DNA of 64,000 nucleotides, taken from contig JAXHVD010000006.1 of the NCBI GenBank assembly GCA_034189385.1, positions 112,300 to 176,299 on the forward strand, in the 5' to 3' direction. Source of the stretch: Thermodesulfobacteriota bacterium (GTDB taxonomy: Bacteria; Desulfobacterota; Desulfobacteria; Desulfobacterales; C00003060). Position numbers and translations under genes: made by a program. Positions 49,120-58,542 of the stretch are shown piece by piece (within the stretch, counting starts at the first letter, position 1; the number at the start of each line of letters is the position of its first letter). The notes beneath the pieces were generated by a model. The model saw only the letters and a list, made by a program, of their open reading frames with translations, did no database searches and was not told where the DNA came from.

Positions 49120-49605
49120 ATGTTCAAAGTAGGAGACTTGGCTGTATATCCGGCCCATGGTGTGGGGCGCATTGAGTCCATCGAGTCACGAGAGATTTCG
49201 GGCGAGAAACAAGATTTCTACATCATGAAGATCCTCGATAATAATATGATCATTATGATCCCTGTACGTAACGTGGCATCTGTAGGGTTGCGCGATGTCA
49301 TCGATAAGAAAGAGGTCCCAAGGGTCTATGAAATTATGAAAAAGCGTGACATACCAGCGGATAATCAGACCTGGAACCGACGATACCGTGAATACACAGA
49401 AAAGATCAAGACAGGATCCGTCTATGACGTGGCCGAGGTCCTCCGTGATCTCTACCTGCTCAAAGGAGACAAAGACCTTTCCTTTGGGGAACGAAAGATG
49501 CTGGACACGGCTCAGAGCCTACTGCTCAAGGAGCTCTCAATCGCAAAGAAGACTGACGAACGGGCCATCATGGGAGACATAAAGACCATCTTTGACCTGG
49601 AGTAG
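49120..49605 (+). CDS. carD: CarD/CdnL-family RNA polymerase-binding regulator
   Basis: FKVGDLAVYPAHGVG, TWNRRYR, LSFGERKML. Confidence 0.93.
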   Translation: MFKVGDLAVYPAHGVGRIESIESREISGEKQDFYIMKILDNNMIIMIPVRNVASVGLRDVIDKKEVPRVYEIMKKRDIPADNQTWNRRYREYTEKIKTGSVYDVAEVLRDLYLLKGDKDLSFGERKMLDTAQSLLLKELSIAKKTDERAIMGDIKTIFDLE

Positions 49606-49682
49606 ACAAATCCACATAGCGAATGGCCCGGCCTTGCCACCAATTTGCTCCTCGTGCCACGCACCGAGTTTCGCTACAAATA

Positions 49683-50651
49683 ATGATTGAGAAGAGGTCT
49701 GGTCTCAGTTTTTCGGCAACCGTTGTAGAAGCAGGACGCCGGCTGGACACGGTGATAGCTGGGCGCGTCCCCGCACTCTCTCGCTCGTACGCAGGTCGAC
49801 TGATTCGGGCAGGGTGTGTCTCGGTCAATCACCTGCCGAGAAAGCCTGGGTATGCCATCAAATGTGGGGACATTGTCCAGGCTGAGATTCCACCTCCAGA
49901 ACCTATCGACTGTACACCTGAACCGATTCCTCTATCTGTCCTTCACGAAGACGGCCATATCATCGTCCTGAATAAACCCTCTGGCCTCGTCGTACACCCT
50001 GGCCCAGGGCATCGCACCGGAACCCTGGTAAACGCCCTTCTCTACCATTGCCGCGACTTGGCGGGCATAGGGGGGGAGCTTCGGCCAGGTATCGTCCATC
50101 GATTAGACAAAAACACCTCTGGGACCATCGTGGTGGCAAAAAGCGATATGGCCCACGAAAGCCTCTGTAGCCAGTTCAAGAATCGCCAAGTGCAAAAGCG
50201 ATACCTTGCCCTTGTGTACGGAAAGATGAAGGCGTCGGCAGGGGTTATCGACTTGCCGATAGGTCGCCATCCCCTTGATCGCAAAAAGATGTCCACAAGG
50301 AGTCGCCGGACCCGGTCTACCGAGACCCGGTGGAGAATAAAGGAGACATTTCATGGGGCCACCCTTATTGATGTCGATCTAAAAACTGGACGAACGCACC
50401 AAATCCGTGTCCACTCCGCTGCCTTGGGTCATCCCGTGGTAGGAGACGCCACCTACGGTGGGAAAAGGAGATGGAAGGAGGTTCATTCAAGGGATGTCCA
50501 GCACATCCTTTGCTCTGTCAAGAGACAGATGCTCCACGCTTGGCAAATTGCCTTCCAACATCCCGATACACAGCAGCCAGTATGCTTCGAATCACCCGTA
50601 CCTGAAGACATGGCCTCGGTGATAGAGTCCCTGCGTGGCCTTAGTTCTTAA
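49683..50651 (+). CDS. rluD: RluD-type 23S rRNA pseudouridine synthase
   Basis: S4-like RLD N-terminus, NKPSGLVVHP, RPGIVHRLDKNTSG, TGRTHQIRVH, GDATYG. Confidence 0.93.
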   Translation: MIEKRSGLSFSATVVEAGRRLDTVIAGRVPALSRSYAGRLIRAGCVSVNHLPRKPGYAIKCGDIVQAEIPPPEPIDCTPEPIPLSVLHEDGHIIVLNKPSGLVVHPGPGHRTGTLVNALLYHCRDLAGIGGELRPGIVHRLDKNTSGTIVVAKSDMAHESLCSQFKNRQVQKRYLALVYGKMKASAGVIDLPIGRHPLDRKKMSTRSRRTRSTETRWRIKETFHGATLIDVDLKTGRTHQIRVHSAALGHPVVGDATYGGKRRWKEVHSRDVQHILCSVKRQMLHAWQIAFQHPDTQQPVCFESPVPEDMASVIESLRGLSS

Positions 50652-50943
50652 ATATCTCTATAGGTTTCCACGCTTTTTTCCTTCTTTGCATCCCGTGCTT
50701 GCCGTTTGTTTTGACCTACCCATTTCGTGGGTCTTGGACCTAGACTGAATGGTCCCAAGTACTATCGTCATCCAACTCTCCCGGGAAAGACCCTTGGGAA
50801 GGAGCCGCCTTGAACTTTCTGAGGGTATTCGGAAAAAGGCCAGAAAGTGATGAACTTAGTGTTGAATGAAAAGGCCAGATCCAATATCATAAAGAAATAC
50901 AGCTTAAACAATGTGACTCGTAGTATCGGCCAACGTAGCCACC

Positions 50944-51125
50944 ATGCATGAAGCCTCTGTTGCCTGGAGTTTCTTAAGCATTCTCCAGGATGAGTGATTG
51001 CTGATAAGACCATCGCCGAGGGGGCCGCACTTGGCATCCAAATTGTAAGATAAACTTAAATAAACAGAGTCTCCTTTCTCTGCCCTGAATGCAGGGGCAT
51101 GCCCAGTGAGATCGTCTCCAGTCGC
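50944..51125 (+). pseudogene. hypA: Deleted hypA (nickel chaperone) remnant
   Basis: MHEASVAWSFLSILQDE* (50944), DKTIAEGAALGIQIV (51003), FLCPECRG..EIVSSR (~51075) are HypA motifs in order, directly before hypE. Confidence 0.75.
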
Positions 51126-51156
51126 GGCAGAGGGGGGAGAGGAAAAGGCTTGACGG

Positions 51157-52167
51157 ATGAACAGAGACAAAATCCTTCTTGATCATGGAAGTGGGGGAAA
51201 AGCCACCCATCATCTGGTTTCCGATCTTTTTCTCCCGGCCTTCGAAAACCCGATCCTTGCAGAACTCAACGACAGTGCCATCCTTGACGCAGAGGAGAAA
51301 CGACTGGCCCTGTCCACCGACACCTATGTGGTGGACCCTCTTTTTTTTCCAGGCGGAAACATTGGGGAGCTTGCCATCAACGGCACCGTCAATGACCTTG
51401 CTATGTGCGGGGCAACGCCTCTCTATCTTAGCGTAGGGATGATTATTGAAGAAGGCTTCTCCATGGCGGAGTTGCAAAGGATACTTGAGGCCATGAAGGG
51501 AGCGGCCGACAAGGCCCATGTCCTAGTTGTCACTGGAGATACCAAGGTGGTACCGCGGGGAACAGCCGACAAGGTGTTCATCAACACCTCTGGCATTGGA
51601 TTCATCCCGAAAGGGATAGACATCTCCGGCCATAACGCCCACCCTGGAGACAAAGTGATCCTTAGCGGAACCATTGCTGACCACGGTATTACGGTGCTGA
51701 CTCAACGAGAGGGCATGACCTTTCAATCCCAAATCCAAAGCGATACAGCGCCGTTAAACCACATGGTACGAGAGATGATGGCAAAGAGTCGCCAAATCCA
51801 TGCCTTGCGGGATCCCACGCGGGGCGGCGTCGGGACATCACTAAACGAGATCGCCGTCCAGTCGGGGGTGGGAATCAAGATCTATGAAGACGCCATACCC
51901 ATCCGGGAGCAGGTGTCAGGCGTTTGCGAGCTCTTGGGGTTTGACCCTCTCTACATCGCCAATGAGGGAAAGCTCCTTGCCTTTGTAGGAGCGGGGGCAG
52001 CAGATAAGATCTTGGAAACAATGAGGGCCAATGAATACGGTGTGGACGCCGTTATCATAGGAGAAGTCGTTTCCGATTCACCCGGCAAGGTCTTCATGAG
52101 AACCCAAATTGGGGGAACACGCATTGTGGACATGCTCACAGGAGAACAGCTGCCCCGCATTTGCTGA
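51157..52167 (+). CDS. hypE: Hydrogenase maturation protein HypE
   Basis: HGSGGK, GTVNDLA, TGDTKV, RDPTRGG, ANEGK, C-terminal PRIC. Confidence 0.97.
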   Translation: MNRDKILLDHGSGGKATHHLVSDLFLPAFENPILAELNDSAILDAEEKRLALSTDTYVVDPLFFPGGNIGELAINGTVNDLAMCGATPLYLSVGMIIEEGFSMAELQRILEAMKGAADKAHVLVVTGDTKVVPRGTADKVFINTSGIGFIPKGIDISGHNAHPGDKVILSGTIADHGITVLTQREGMTFQSQIQSDTAPLNHMVREMMAKSRQIHALRDPTRGGVGTSLNEIAVQSGVGIKIYEDAIPIREQVSGVCELLGFDPLYIANEGKLLAFVGAGAADKILETMRANEYGVDAVIIGEVVSDSPGKVFMRTQIGGTRIVDMLTGEQLPRIC

Positions 52168-52527
52168 TCTTATTCCCTCATAGGCCCTCTTGCAGGGGTC
52201 TCAGTCCTCATGAGAAGCACTGGCCAAACGTTGTGCGGGCTGTCGCCCAAACAGAACTTCCTTTGAGCGATTCACTGAAACGTTTTTTGCTCACACCTCT
52301 TGGCGAAAGAAAAGATCGGCAATTCCAACTAGTTGAGTGCGATGGGCGGGTTCTGGAATCGCCTGGAGCAAGCCCTGGCTTTGTCAAGAGACGTTTCAGA
52401 AAAAGCGAGAAGGCATTTGGGAACAGTCCGTTGTAGATGAAACCAGCACACGGAGCTCGCCGGCTTCACCTATCGGCCAGGAGTGCAGCTGTAACCCGAC
52501 AGGATTCTCTCTCACAGGGGGAGCCTT

Positions 52528-55182
52528 ATGGAGCCCTTCTTTCGGCTTGTCATTCGAAGAGCTTACCTTATCCTGGCCGCTATCCTTAGCATTACCCTTT
52601 TTTTCTCCTTTCACCTGCACAAGCTTCATGTGGACACATCCCCCACACGGATGCTCGTTGAAGACCTCCCTGCCAAACGCGAGTACGACAGGTTCAGGGA
52701 ATGGTTTGGAAAAGCTTCAGACGACATCCTTGTAGTTGTCAAGGCCGACAACGTATTCTCACAAACCACCTTCGAGAAAATCGAACGGCTTACCAAGACA
52801 TTGGAGTCTATTGAAGGGGTCAAGCGGGTCGTGAGCCTGAGTACCCTGAAAAACGATATGGACATTCTCAATGAGTGGTCCCTGGAAGATCTAAAGCGAC
52901 ATTTGGGCATGGCCGACATCTTCTTAGACAACATGGTGTCGGCCGACGGAAAAGTCACGGCCGTTGCCGTTGTCTTGGAGGAAACCTATGTTCTTGGCCC
53001 ATTGAGCGAGTCCGTTGAAAGATGTCTTCAGGCCATTCGAGATCCAGAGAAGCCCTTTCAAGTCTATCAAATTGGCAATCCCATCGTAGGCCATACACTT
53101 ACCAAGTACACGGAAAAGGACCTCAGAAGACTCCCCTTGTTCACCATGTCTATCATGCTAATCGTCCTGTGGTTCTGTTTCAGGAACCTGCGAGGGGCTG
53201 TAGTCCCATTGGCGGCCGTTTCCCTGGCCTTGGTGTGGACTCTCGGACTCATGGGCCTTGTAAACGTCTCCCTTTCAATTGCCACCATGATTATCCCCAC
53301 CCTCCTTATTGCAGTGGGAAGTGCCTATGCCATGCATATCATGGCCGCCTATTTTGACGAGGCGCACAGACAGGATAATCACCAAAGGGCGATCACTGTG
53401 GCCCTTACACGGGTCGGACTGCCGTCCATTTTTGTATGCGTCACGACGATCGTTGGTCTTGCCTCTCTGTTGTTGAATAAGATTGTCGTCGTCAAGGAAT
53501 TTGCCATATTTTCATGCATTGGCCTTTTTTTCCTTCTCCTTATTCACCTGACCTTCATACCAGCCACCCTCTCATGCCTTCAGATGCCGAGACCAAAGGG
53601 ACGCCTTTCGTCCCGGGAGACCCCATGGATCGACCTATTTCTGAAAACAGTCGTTCAGACCATCAAGAGACAGCCCGCAAGGATTGTGACCATTGCCCTG
53701 GCCTTAACCCTTGTGTCCGCCCTCGGAATTATCAGGATAAAGGTTGAGACAGCCCCGATAGAATTCTTCAAGCCCACCGCCCCAGTAAGAATGGCATTTG
53801 AGGATGCCCATAACAACCTTGCTGGCATATACCCCATCAATGTGATTCTAGAAACCGACAAAGAGGGGTATTTTTCTTCTCCCAAGGCCCTTCAACGGGT
53901 AGGAAATTTTCAGAAATCGCTGGGCGCCATGGAAGGCGTTGATCTTACTATTTCTGTGGTCGATCTACTGAAGCTGGAAAACCTCCTCACTAGGGGATTT
54001 AGAGACAAGGAAAGATACTATGTCTTGCCAGACGACCCCTTTGTCGTAAAGGAAGCCATCAAAAACTACCGGATCTTTCAAGGCGATGAGATGGTTAACC
54101 ATTTTATTTCAAAAGATTTCTCGAAGATCAATATTGTCTGCCGTACCCACATCGTTTCAACGGCCGGTTTTCTCCAGGCCGAAAAGGCGATCATCTCCAA
54201 CCTGAAGAATCAATTTTCACAGGATGTTCAATTCCATGTCACCGGTCTGTGCATGGTGGGCTCTCATTCTTCAGAAGCCTTGACTTTGGGGCAGATCAAG
54301 AGCCTTGGTCTGGCCATGGCCTGCATTTTTGTCTTGCTTTCTATTCTCTTCTTCTCTGCCAAGGTTGGTTTCTGTGCCATGGTGCCTAATTTTTTTCCCG
54401 TTTTGGTCAATTTTGGGGTCATGGGTTGGGCAGGTATGCACCTTACTGTAGCTACCAGCTTGATTGCCAGTATTGCCATCGGCATTGCAGTTGACGACAC
54501 CATTCATTACATGTTCCGCTTCAATCAGCAGTTTCACAAAGATTTTAGCCGGCGGCACGCAAACAAACGGACTATTACCGATGTGGGCAAACCCATCGTG
54601 TTCACTTCCCTTGCTATCGGTCTTGGCTTCTCTGTGTTTCTCTTCTCCAGCTTTGTACCGACTGCGGTCTTCGGTCTGCTCATGCTAATAACGATGGCTT
54701 CGGCCCTATACGGTGACCTCCTTCTTCTCCCCCTGATCATGCAAACCACCCCTTGGCTCTTCGGCGTCATTGAAAAAGGGATAGGCCTCTATAGCAACGT
54801 GTCACTCTTCAGAAACCTGTCCCCTTCTGAGGCCAGATCGGTCGTGTTGGCTGGTACCAGAGCCCAGTTTCCACCAGGTACCATGGTATACCGAAAAGGG
54901 GATCTGGGAAATGGCCTCTATCTCATCTTAGAGGGCACGGTGAGGCTTAGCAATACAGCAAGGGGGCACCCTGGCCACTTGAAAACGGATCTGGGACGTG
55001 GTGAGATCTTTGGCGTCATGGGGATCACTGGACCAGTGACAAGGGAGACTTCAGCCACCACCCTCGGAAACAGCATCCTTCTGCGAATCGACGAAGGAGC
55101 CTTGCGTCATTTGGAAAAGCGCTCTCCCAGGGTCGCCTTTGGACTCTATTCAAACCTTGCCAGAATCGTTGAAAACAGGTAG
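52528..55182 (+). CDS. MMPL/RND-family transporter with C-terminal cyclic-nucleotide-binding domain
   Basis: Two MMPL halves (AVGSAYAMH; GIAVDDTIH) plus SLFRNLS..YRKGDLGNGLYLILEGTV..GEIFG..RETSAT (cNMP fold). Confidence 0.9.
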   Translation: MEPFFRLVIRRAYLILAAILSITLFFSFHLHKLHVDTSPTRMLVEDLPAKREYDRFREWFGKASDDILVVVKADNVFSQTTFEKIERLTKTLESIEGVKRVVSLSTLKNDMDILNEWSLEDLKRHLGMADIFLDNMVSADGKVTAVAVVLEETYVLGPLSESVERCLQAIRDPEKPFQVYQIGNPIVGHTLTKYTEKDLRRLPLFTMSIMLIVLWFCFRNLRGAVVPLAAVSLALVWTLGLMGLVNVSLSIATMIIPTLLIAVGSAYAMHIMAAYFDEAHRQDNHQRAITVALTRVGLPSIFVCVTTIVGLASLLLNKIVVVKEFAIFSCIGLFFLLLIHLTFIPATLSCLQMPRPKGRLSSRETPWIDLFLKTVVQTIKRQPARIVTIALALTLVSALGIIRIKVETAPIEFFKPTAPVRMAFEDAHNNLAGIYPINVILETDKEGYFSSPKALQRVGNFQKSLGAMEGVDLTISVVDLLKLENLLTRGFRDKERYYVLPDDPFVVKEAIKNYRIFQGDEMVNHFISKDFSKINIVCRTHIVSTAGFLQAEKAIISNLKNQFSQDVQFHVTGLCMVGSHSSEALTLGQIKSLGLAMACIFVLLSILFFSAKVGFCAMVPNFFPVLVNFGVMGWAGMHLTVATSLIASIAIGIAVDDTIHYMFRFNQQFHKDFSRRHANKRTITDVGKPIVFTSLAIGLGFSVFLFSSFVPTAVFGLLMLITMASALYGDLLLLPLIMQTTPWLFGVIEKGIGLYSNVSLFRNLSPSEARSVVLAGTRAQFPPGTMVYRKGDLGNGLYLILEGTVRLSNTARGHPGHLKTDLGRGEIFGVMGITGPVTRETSATTLGNSILLRIDEGALRHLEKRSPRVAFGLYSNLARIVENR

Positions 55183-55186
55183 GGGG

Positions 55187-55735
55187 TTACGATTGGCGGG
55201 AAGAAGGGTCGGCTTTTGAACAGGGCGTTTGGACCTCTTTCAATACCATCTCAATAACCTTCGGGAGTTTCTCTTCCACTTCAGATGAGAGTTCTAGCCC
55301 CATGGCTAGAGATTTGGGCTCAACCCCTATAATCGTGGTCTTTGGAATACGGCCAACCAGCTCTGAGAGATGGATCACCTCCAGAATGCCCACCTGGTGA
55401 GCTGACGTCTTAAATGCTGCAGGGTATGAAGGCGCATCCTTGATGTCAAATCGATAGATAGAACCAGGAGACGCCCCGCCTTTCACGGCATCGACCACCA
55501 CCAGACGATCTGCTTCGGTCACAATGTTCATGAGCCGGAACCCATGGGTACCCCCCTCAATCACTTCCACCCCAGGAGGCAGTTTCATCTCCATAAGCCG
55601 GTTGGCTACATGGACGCCAACGCCCTCGTCTGACAGGAGTACATTGCCTACCCCTAGGATCACGATGCGTTTGGGGGGGGCATTGCCGCCCCCCCCAAAA
55701 GGTTCTGAATAGTCTGTTGGTTTCAGTGCCGTCAT
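55187..55735 (-). CDS. Hydrogenase maturation endopeptidase (HyaD/HybD family)
   Basis: ILGVGNVLLSDEGVGV, EGGT, VVDAV, SAHQ. Confidence 0.95.
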   Translation of the reverse strand: MTALKPTDYSEPFGGGGNAPPKRIVILGVGNVLLSDEGVGVHVANRLMEMKLPPGVEVIEGGTHGFRLMNIVTEADRLVVVDAVKGGASPGSIYRFDIKDAPSYPAAFKTSAHQVGILEVIHLSELVGRIPKTTIIGVEPKSLAMGLELSSEVEEKLPKVIEMVLKEVQTPCSKADPSSRQS

Positions 55736-57294
55736 TCAACAAGGAATTTCTTCATCTCGTTGGTCTTGGGGTGAATGAGATGAACGGCACAGGCAAGGCA
55801 GGGATCAAAGGAGCGGATGACCCGCACCACATTGATGGGATTGTCCGGATCAGGCACGGGGGCCCCGATGAGGGATTCTTCGTATTGCCCCCTAAATTTC
55901 TTCTCACACCTGGGCGATGCATTCCAAGTGGAAGGAACAACTGCCTGGTAGTTCTCTATCTTCTTGTCCTTGACCTTGACCCAGTGTCCCAGGGCCCCGC
56001 GGGGGGCTTCATAGAACCCTGCACCCATCCCCGACTTGGGCGGTTCGTAGTGGGCGGTGTCGTGGATCTTAAATCCAGGCTTGGTCATTTCACTCAGGAG
56101 TTGGTCCAGCCAGGTGTAACAGGCATCTACCACCAGTTTCGTCTCAATAGCACGGGCCGCATGGCGGGCCACTGCACCCGGTTTGACGCCCTTTTCAACC
56201 AATCCCAGCAGGGTGGGATTCTTGTCTACGAGCATCCTGGCCAGCGGGCCTACCTCCATGGGAGTGCCCTCATATCGCGGGGCCTTGATGAAACTGTAGG
56301 CGTCCTTCTTGTCAAGGTCGAAGACCTGGCTTCCCTTGTACGGGTGTTGCGGTTTGTCCTCTTTGTACCAGCCGTACTTCACAGACTCCGTGACCTTTCT
56401 CTGGTCAAACCCGTCGATCTTGATGTTGGCAGGATCCAAGGAGGTGATCACCCCGGGTCCGAACACCCGGTTCTTGCCCCCTTCATCCAGGTCAAAGGCC
56501 CCATAGGACAAATAGTTGTAGTGGCCCCCACCGACGCCAGCCTTGGCCAGCGGAAACAATGGACCCGTACCAAAAGCAAGGACATCTGGGATATAGACCT
56601 CGTTCACAAACTTCGCCTGCTCATCCAGCATGGCCCGAAACTTCGCCACTTGATTCACATCAGGAAGCTGCGTGAACCCTCCCACCACGATGCTCTGGTA
56701 GTGAGGCTGCCTGCCCCCAAAGATGGCCCCCATGTTTCGGGCCTTGGCCTGAATGGAAAGGGCATCTATGTAATGCTTCACCGCAGAGAGAGCCATGTCC
56801 GGGTCGGCCACAGAGAACTCGTCCGGCTTATACCGCGGTGTGAGCGGGAAGGTATCCTTGGCCTGGACGAGATGGACCACTTTGTCCTTAACGGCATTCA
56901 GGTCTTTATCCTTGCCCTTGTAGGCCGCCACGGCCATGATGTCGATGTAGTCAAGGGCACTCAGGTGGTAAAAATGGAGGATGTGGTCATAAATGTACTC
57001 GGCGCCCATGGCCAGGTTTCTGAGCAGCGTGCCGCCCCATGGCACTTTGGCCCCAAAGGCCTCATCCAGGGCCAGACAGCTCGCCATTTGATGAACACTG
57101 TAACAGACGCCGCAAAAACGGCTGGTTACAAAGGGCGCATCCCTTGGGTCTTTGCCTTCAAGCAGGGCTTCAAACCCTCTGGCCATGGTGCCGCTGCTCC
57201 AGGCGTCTTTTACCACACCGTTTTCGACTTCTACCGTTATTTTAAGGTGTCCCTCAATCCTTGTCACCGGATCAATAACAATTTTCTTTCCCAT
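55732..57294 (-). CDS. [NiFe] hydrogenase large subunit (group 1a/HysA-like, all-Cys ligation)
   Basis: IDPVTRIEGH, RGFE, RFCGVC, APRGALGHW, VPSTWN, RSFDPCLACAVH plus a cleavable tail. Confidence 0.95.
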   Translation of the reverse strand: MGKKIVIDPVTRIEGHLKITVEVENGVVKDAWSSGTMARGFEALLEGKDPRDAPFVTSRFCGVCYSVHQMASCLALDEAFGAKVPWGGTLLRNLAMGAEYIYDHILHFYHLSALDYIDIMAVAAYKGKDKDLNAVKDKVVHLVQAKDTFPLTPRYKPDEFSVADPDMALSAVKHYIDALSIQAKARNMGAIFGGRQPHYQSIVVGGFTQLPDVNQVAKFRAMLDEQAKFVNEVYIPDVLAFGTGPLFPLAKAGVGGGHYNYLSYGAFDLDEGGKNRVFGPGVITSLDPANIKIDGFDQRKVTESVKYGWYKEDKPQHPYKGSQVFDLDKKDAYSFIKAPRYEGTPMEVGPLARMLVDKNPTLLGLVEKGVKPGAVARHAARAIETKLVVDACYTWLDQLLSEMTKPGFKIHDTAHYEPPKSGMGAGFYEAPRGALGHWVKVKDKKIENYQAVVPSTWNASPRCEKKFRGQYEESLIGAPVPDPDNPINVVRVIRSFDPCLACAVHLIHPKTNEMKKFLVE

Positions 57295-57310
57295 TTCTTA
57301 CCACCCCCTT

Positions 57311-58291
57311 TCATACCTTGTCTTCTTTAAGCGGCGGGATCAAGCCCGCCTTCTTTCGGGCCATAATGTCGCGGGACCGTTCGCCCTCTGCCGTGTACAG
57401 GGGGCTCATGCCGGCATAGAACTCCGGTTCAGCACACCCCATGCAGCCAGCGCCGCAATCGATGCAGAAATTGAGCCCATCGTTCCACCGACGGACAGGG
57501 CAGTCGGAATAGGTATCTGGGCCCTTACACCCCTTCTCGTAAAGACACCAGTTCTTCTGGGCAGGATCATTCCAGTCGGTTAGGAACATCTCGTTGTCAA
57601 AATAATAGCGGCGCCGGCAGTTGTCATGAATGAGTTCGCCGAAATACATCTTGGGCCGGCCTATCTTGTCAAGCGGCGGCACCTTGCCCGTGGTAAGGTA
57701 GTACAGGACCGTGCCAATCAAGTGGTCGCAGTGGACTGGACACATAGGAAGATTGATGATCGTTTTGTTCTTGACAATTTCGCCGACCCCTACAGCACCG
57801 GTGGGGCCAGCTGCCGGGATGCCCCCATAGGTAGCACAGGAGCCGACTGCGATGATCACCGCGGCCTTTTCAGCTGCTTCTAGAACCGTCTCTCTCACCG
57901 GACGCCCACCCGACATGCAGAAGCGATCGTCCTTGGTGGGAATGGAGCCTTCCACACACAGCACGTAACCGCCTGCTTTCATGGTTTCGTGCAGTGCGGC
58001 CTCTGCCACGTGGCCTGACGCCGCCATGATCGCTTCATGATAGCGCAGTGACACCCGCTCCAACAGCATTTCCGCAATGGGCGGATTCAGGGCCCCGGCA
58101 AAGGAAATCGAGCACCCAGCGCAATCCTGGCCTGAAAGCCAAATGACGGGAGGCTTTGAGGCGGCACCGGCCAGCACCTCAGAGACCTTCGTAGCAAACT
58201 CAAGCTCTGAAAGGCCGAGGACTGCTGCCGTGGTGGCGCAGTATTTCATGAAGTCCCTGCGCGATATGCTGCCAAATGGCAATTCCATCAT
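57311..58291 (-). CDS. [NiFe] hydrogenase small subunit with Tat signal
   Basis: SRRDFMK, DCAGC, GSCATYGG, CPVH, HDNC, CLYEKGCKGP, NFCIDCGAGCMGC. Confidence 0.95.
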   Translation of the reverse strand: MMELPFGSISRRDFMKYCATTAAVLGLSELEFATKVSEVLAGAASKPPVIWLSGQDCAGCSISFAGALNPPIAEMLLERVSLRYHEAIMAASGHVAEAALHETMKAGGYVLCVEGSIPTKDDRFCMSGGRPVRETVLEAAEKAAVIIAVGSCATYGGIPAAGPTGAVGVGEIVKNKTIINLPMCPVHCDHLIGTVLYYLTTGKVPPLDKIGRPKMYFGELIHDNCRRRYYFDNEMFLTDWNDPAQKNWCLYEKGCKGPDTYSDCPVRRWNDGLNFCIDCGAGCMGCAEPEFYAGMSPLYTAEGERSRDIMARKKAGLIPPLKEDKV

Positions 58292-58457
58292 GAATCTCCT
58301 TTCCTTCTACGATTTCAGGATTCAACTACCCCCGCAGACCGTTGGTCAACATCACCCCCTTTCAGGGTTCATTCCAATAGTCTCTTTAAAGCCTCAATCA
58401 AGGCTTATCCCACGCCTTTTTCAAAACAATAAGATCACAACAATGAACAAAGTCAAC

Positions 58458-58505
58458 AAAAAAAGGCCCTGCTCGCCAAACAGATGGTTGGCAAACAGAG
58501 CCTTT
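58458..58505 (-). terminator. Rho-independent terminator after the rnf operon
   Basis: Minus strand GGCTCTGTTTGCCAA / TTGGCGAGCAGGGCC stem followed by T7. Confidence 0.85.
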
Positions 58506-58542
58506 GGACCCCAAAATAGGCAGTCGGCTGTTCAGCCTCTTC

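Noticed and set aside
55775..55815. Selenocysteine recoding in the hydrogenase large subunit
   Set aside because: The codon is TGC (Cys) with no in-frame TGA
55717..57330. 537-aa plus-strand ORF
   Set aside because: It is the antisense shadow of the hydrogenase large subunit, with no recognisable motifs
58420..58460. Rex operator upstream of the hydrogenase operon
   Set aside because: AT-rich TTGTGA-like half-sites are present but there is no properly spaced palindrome
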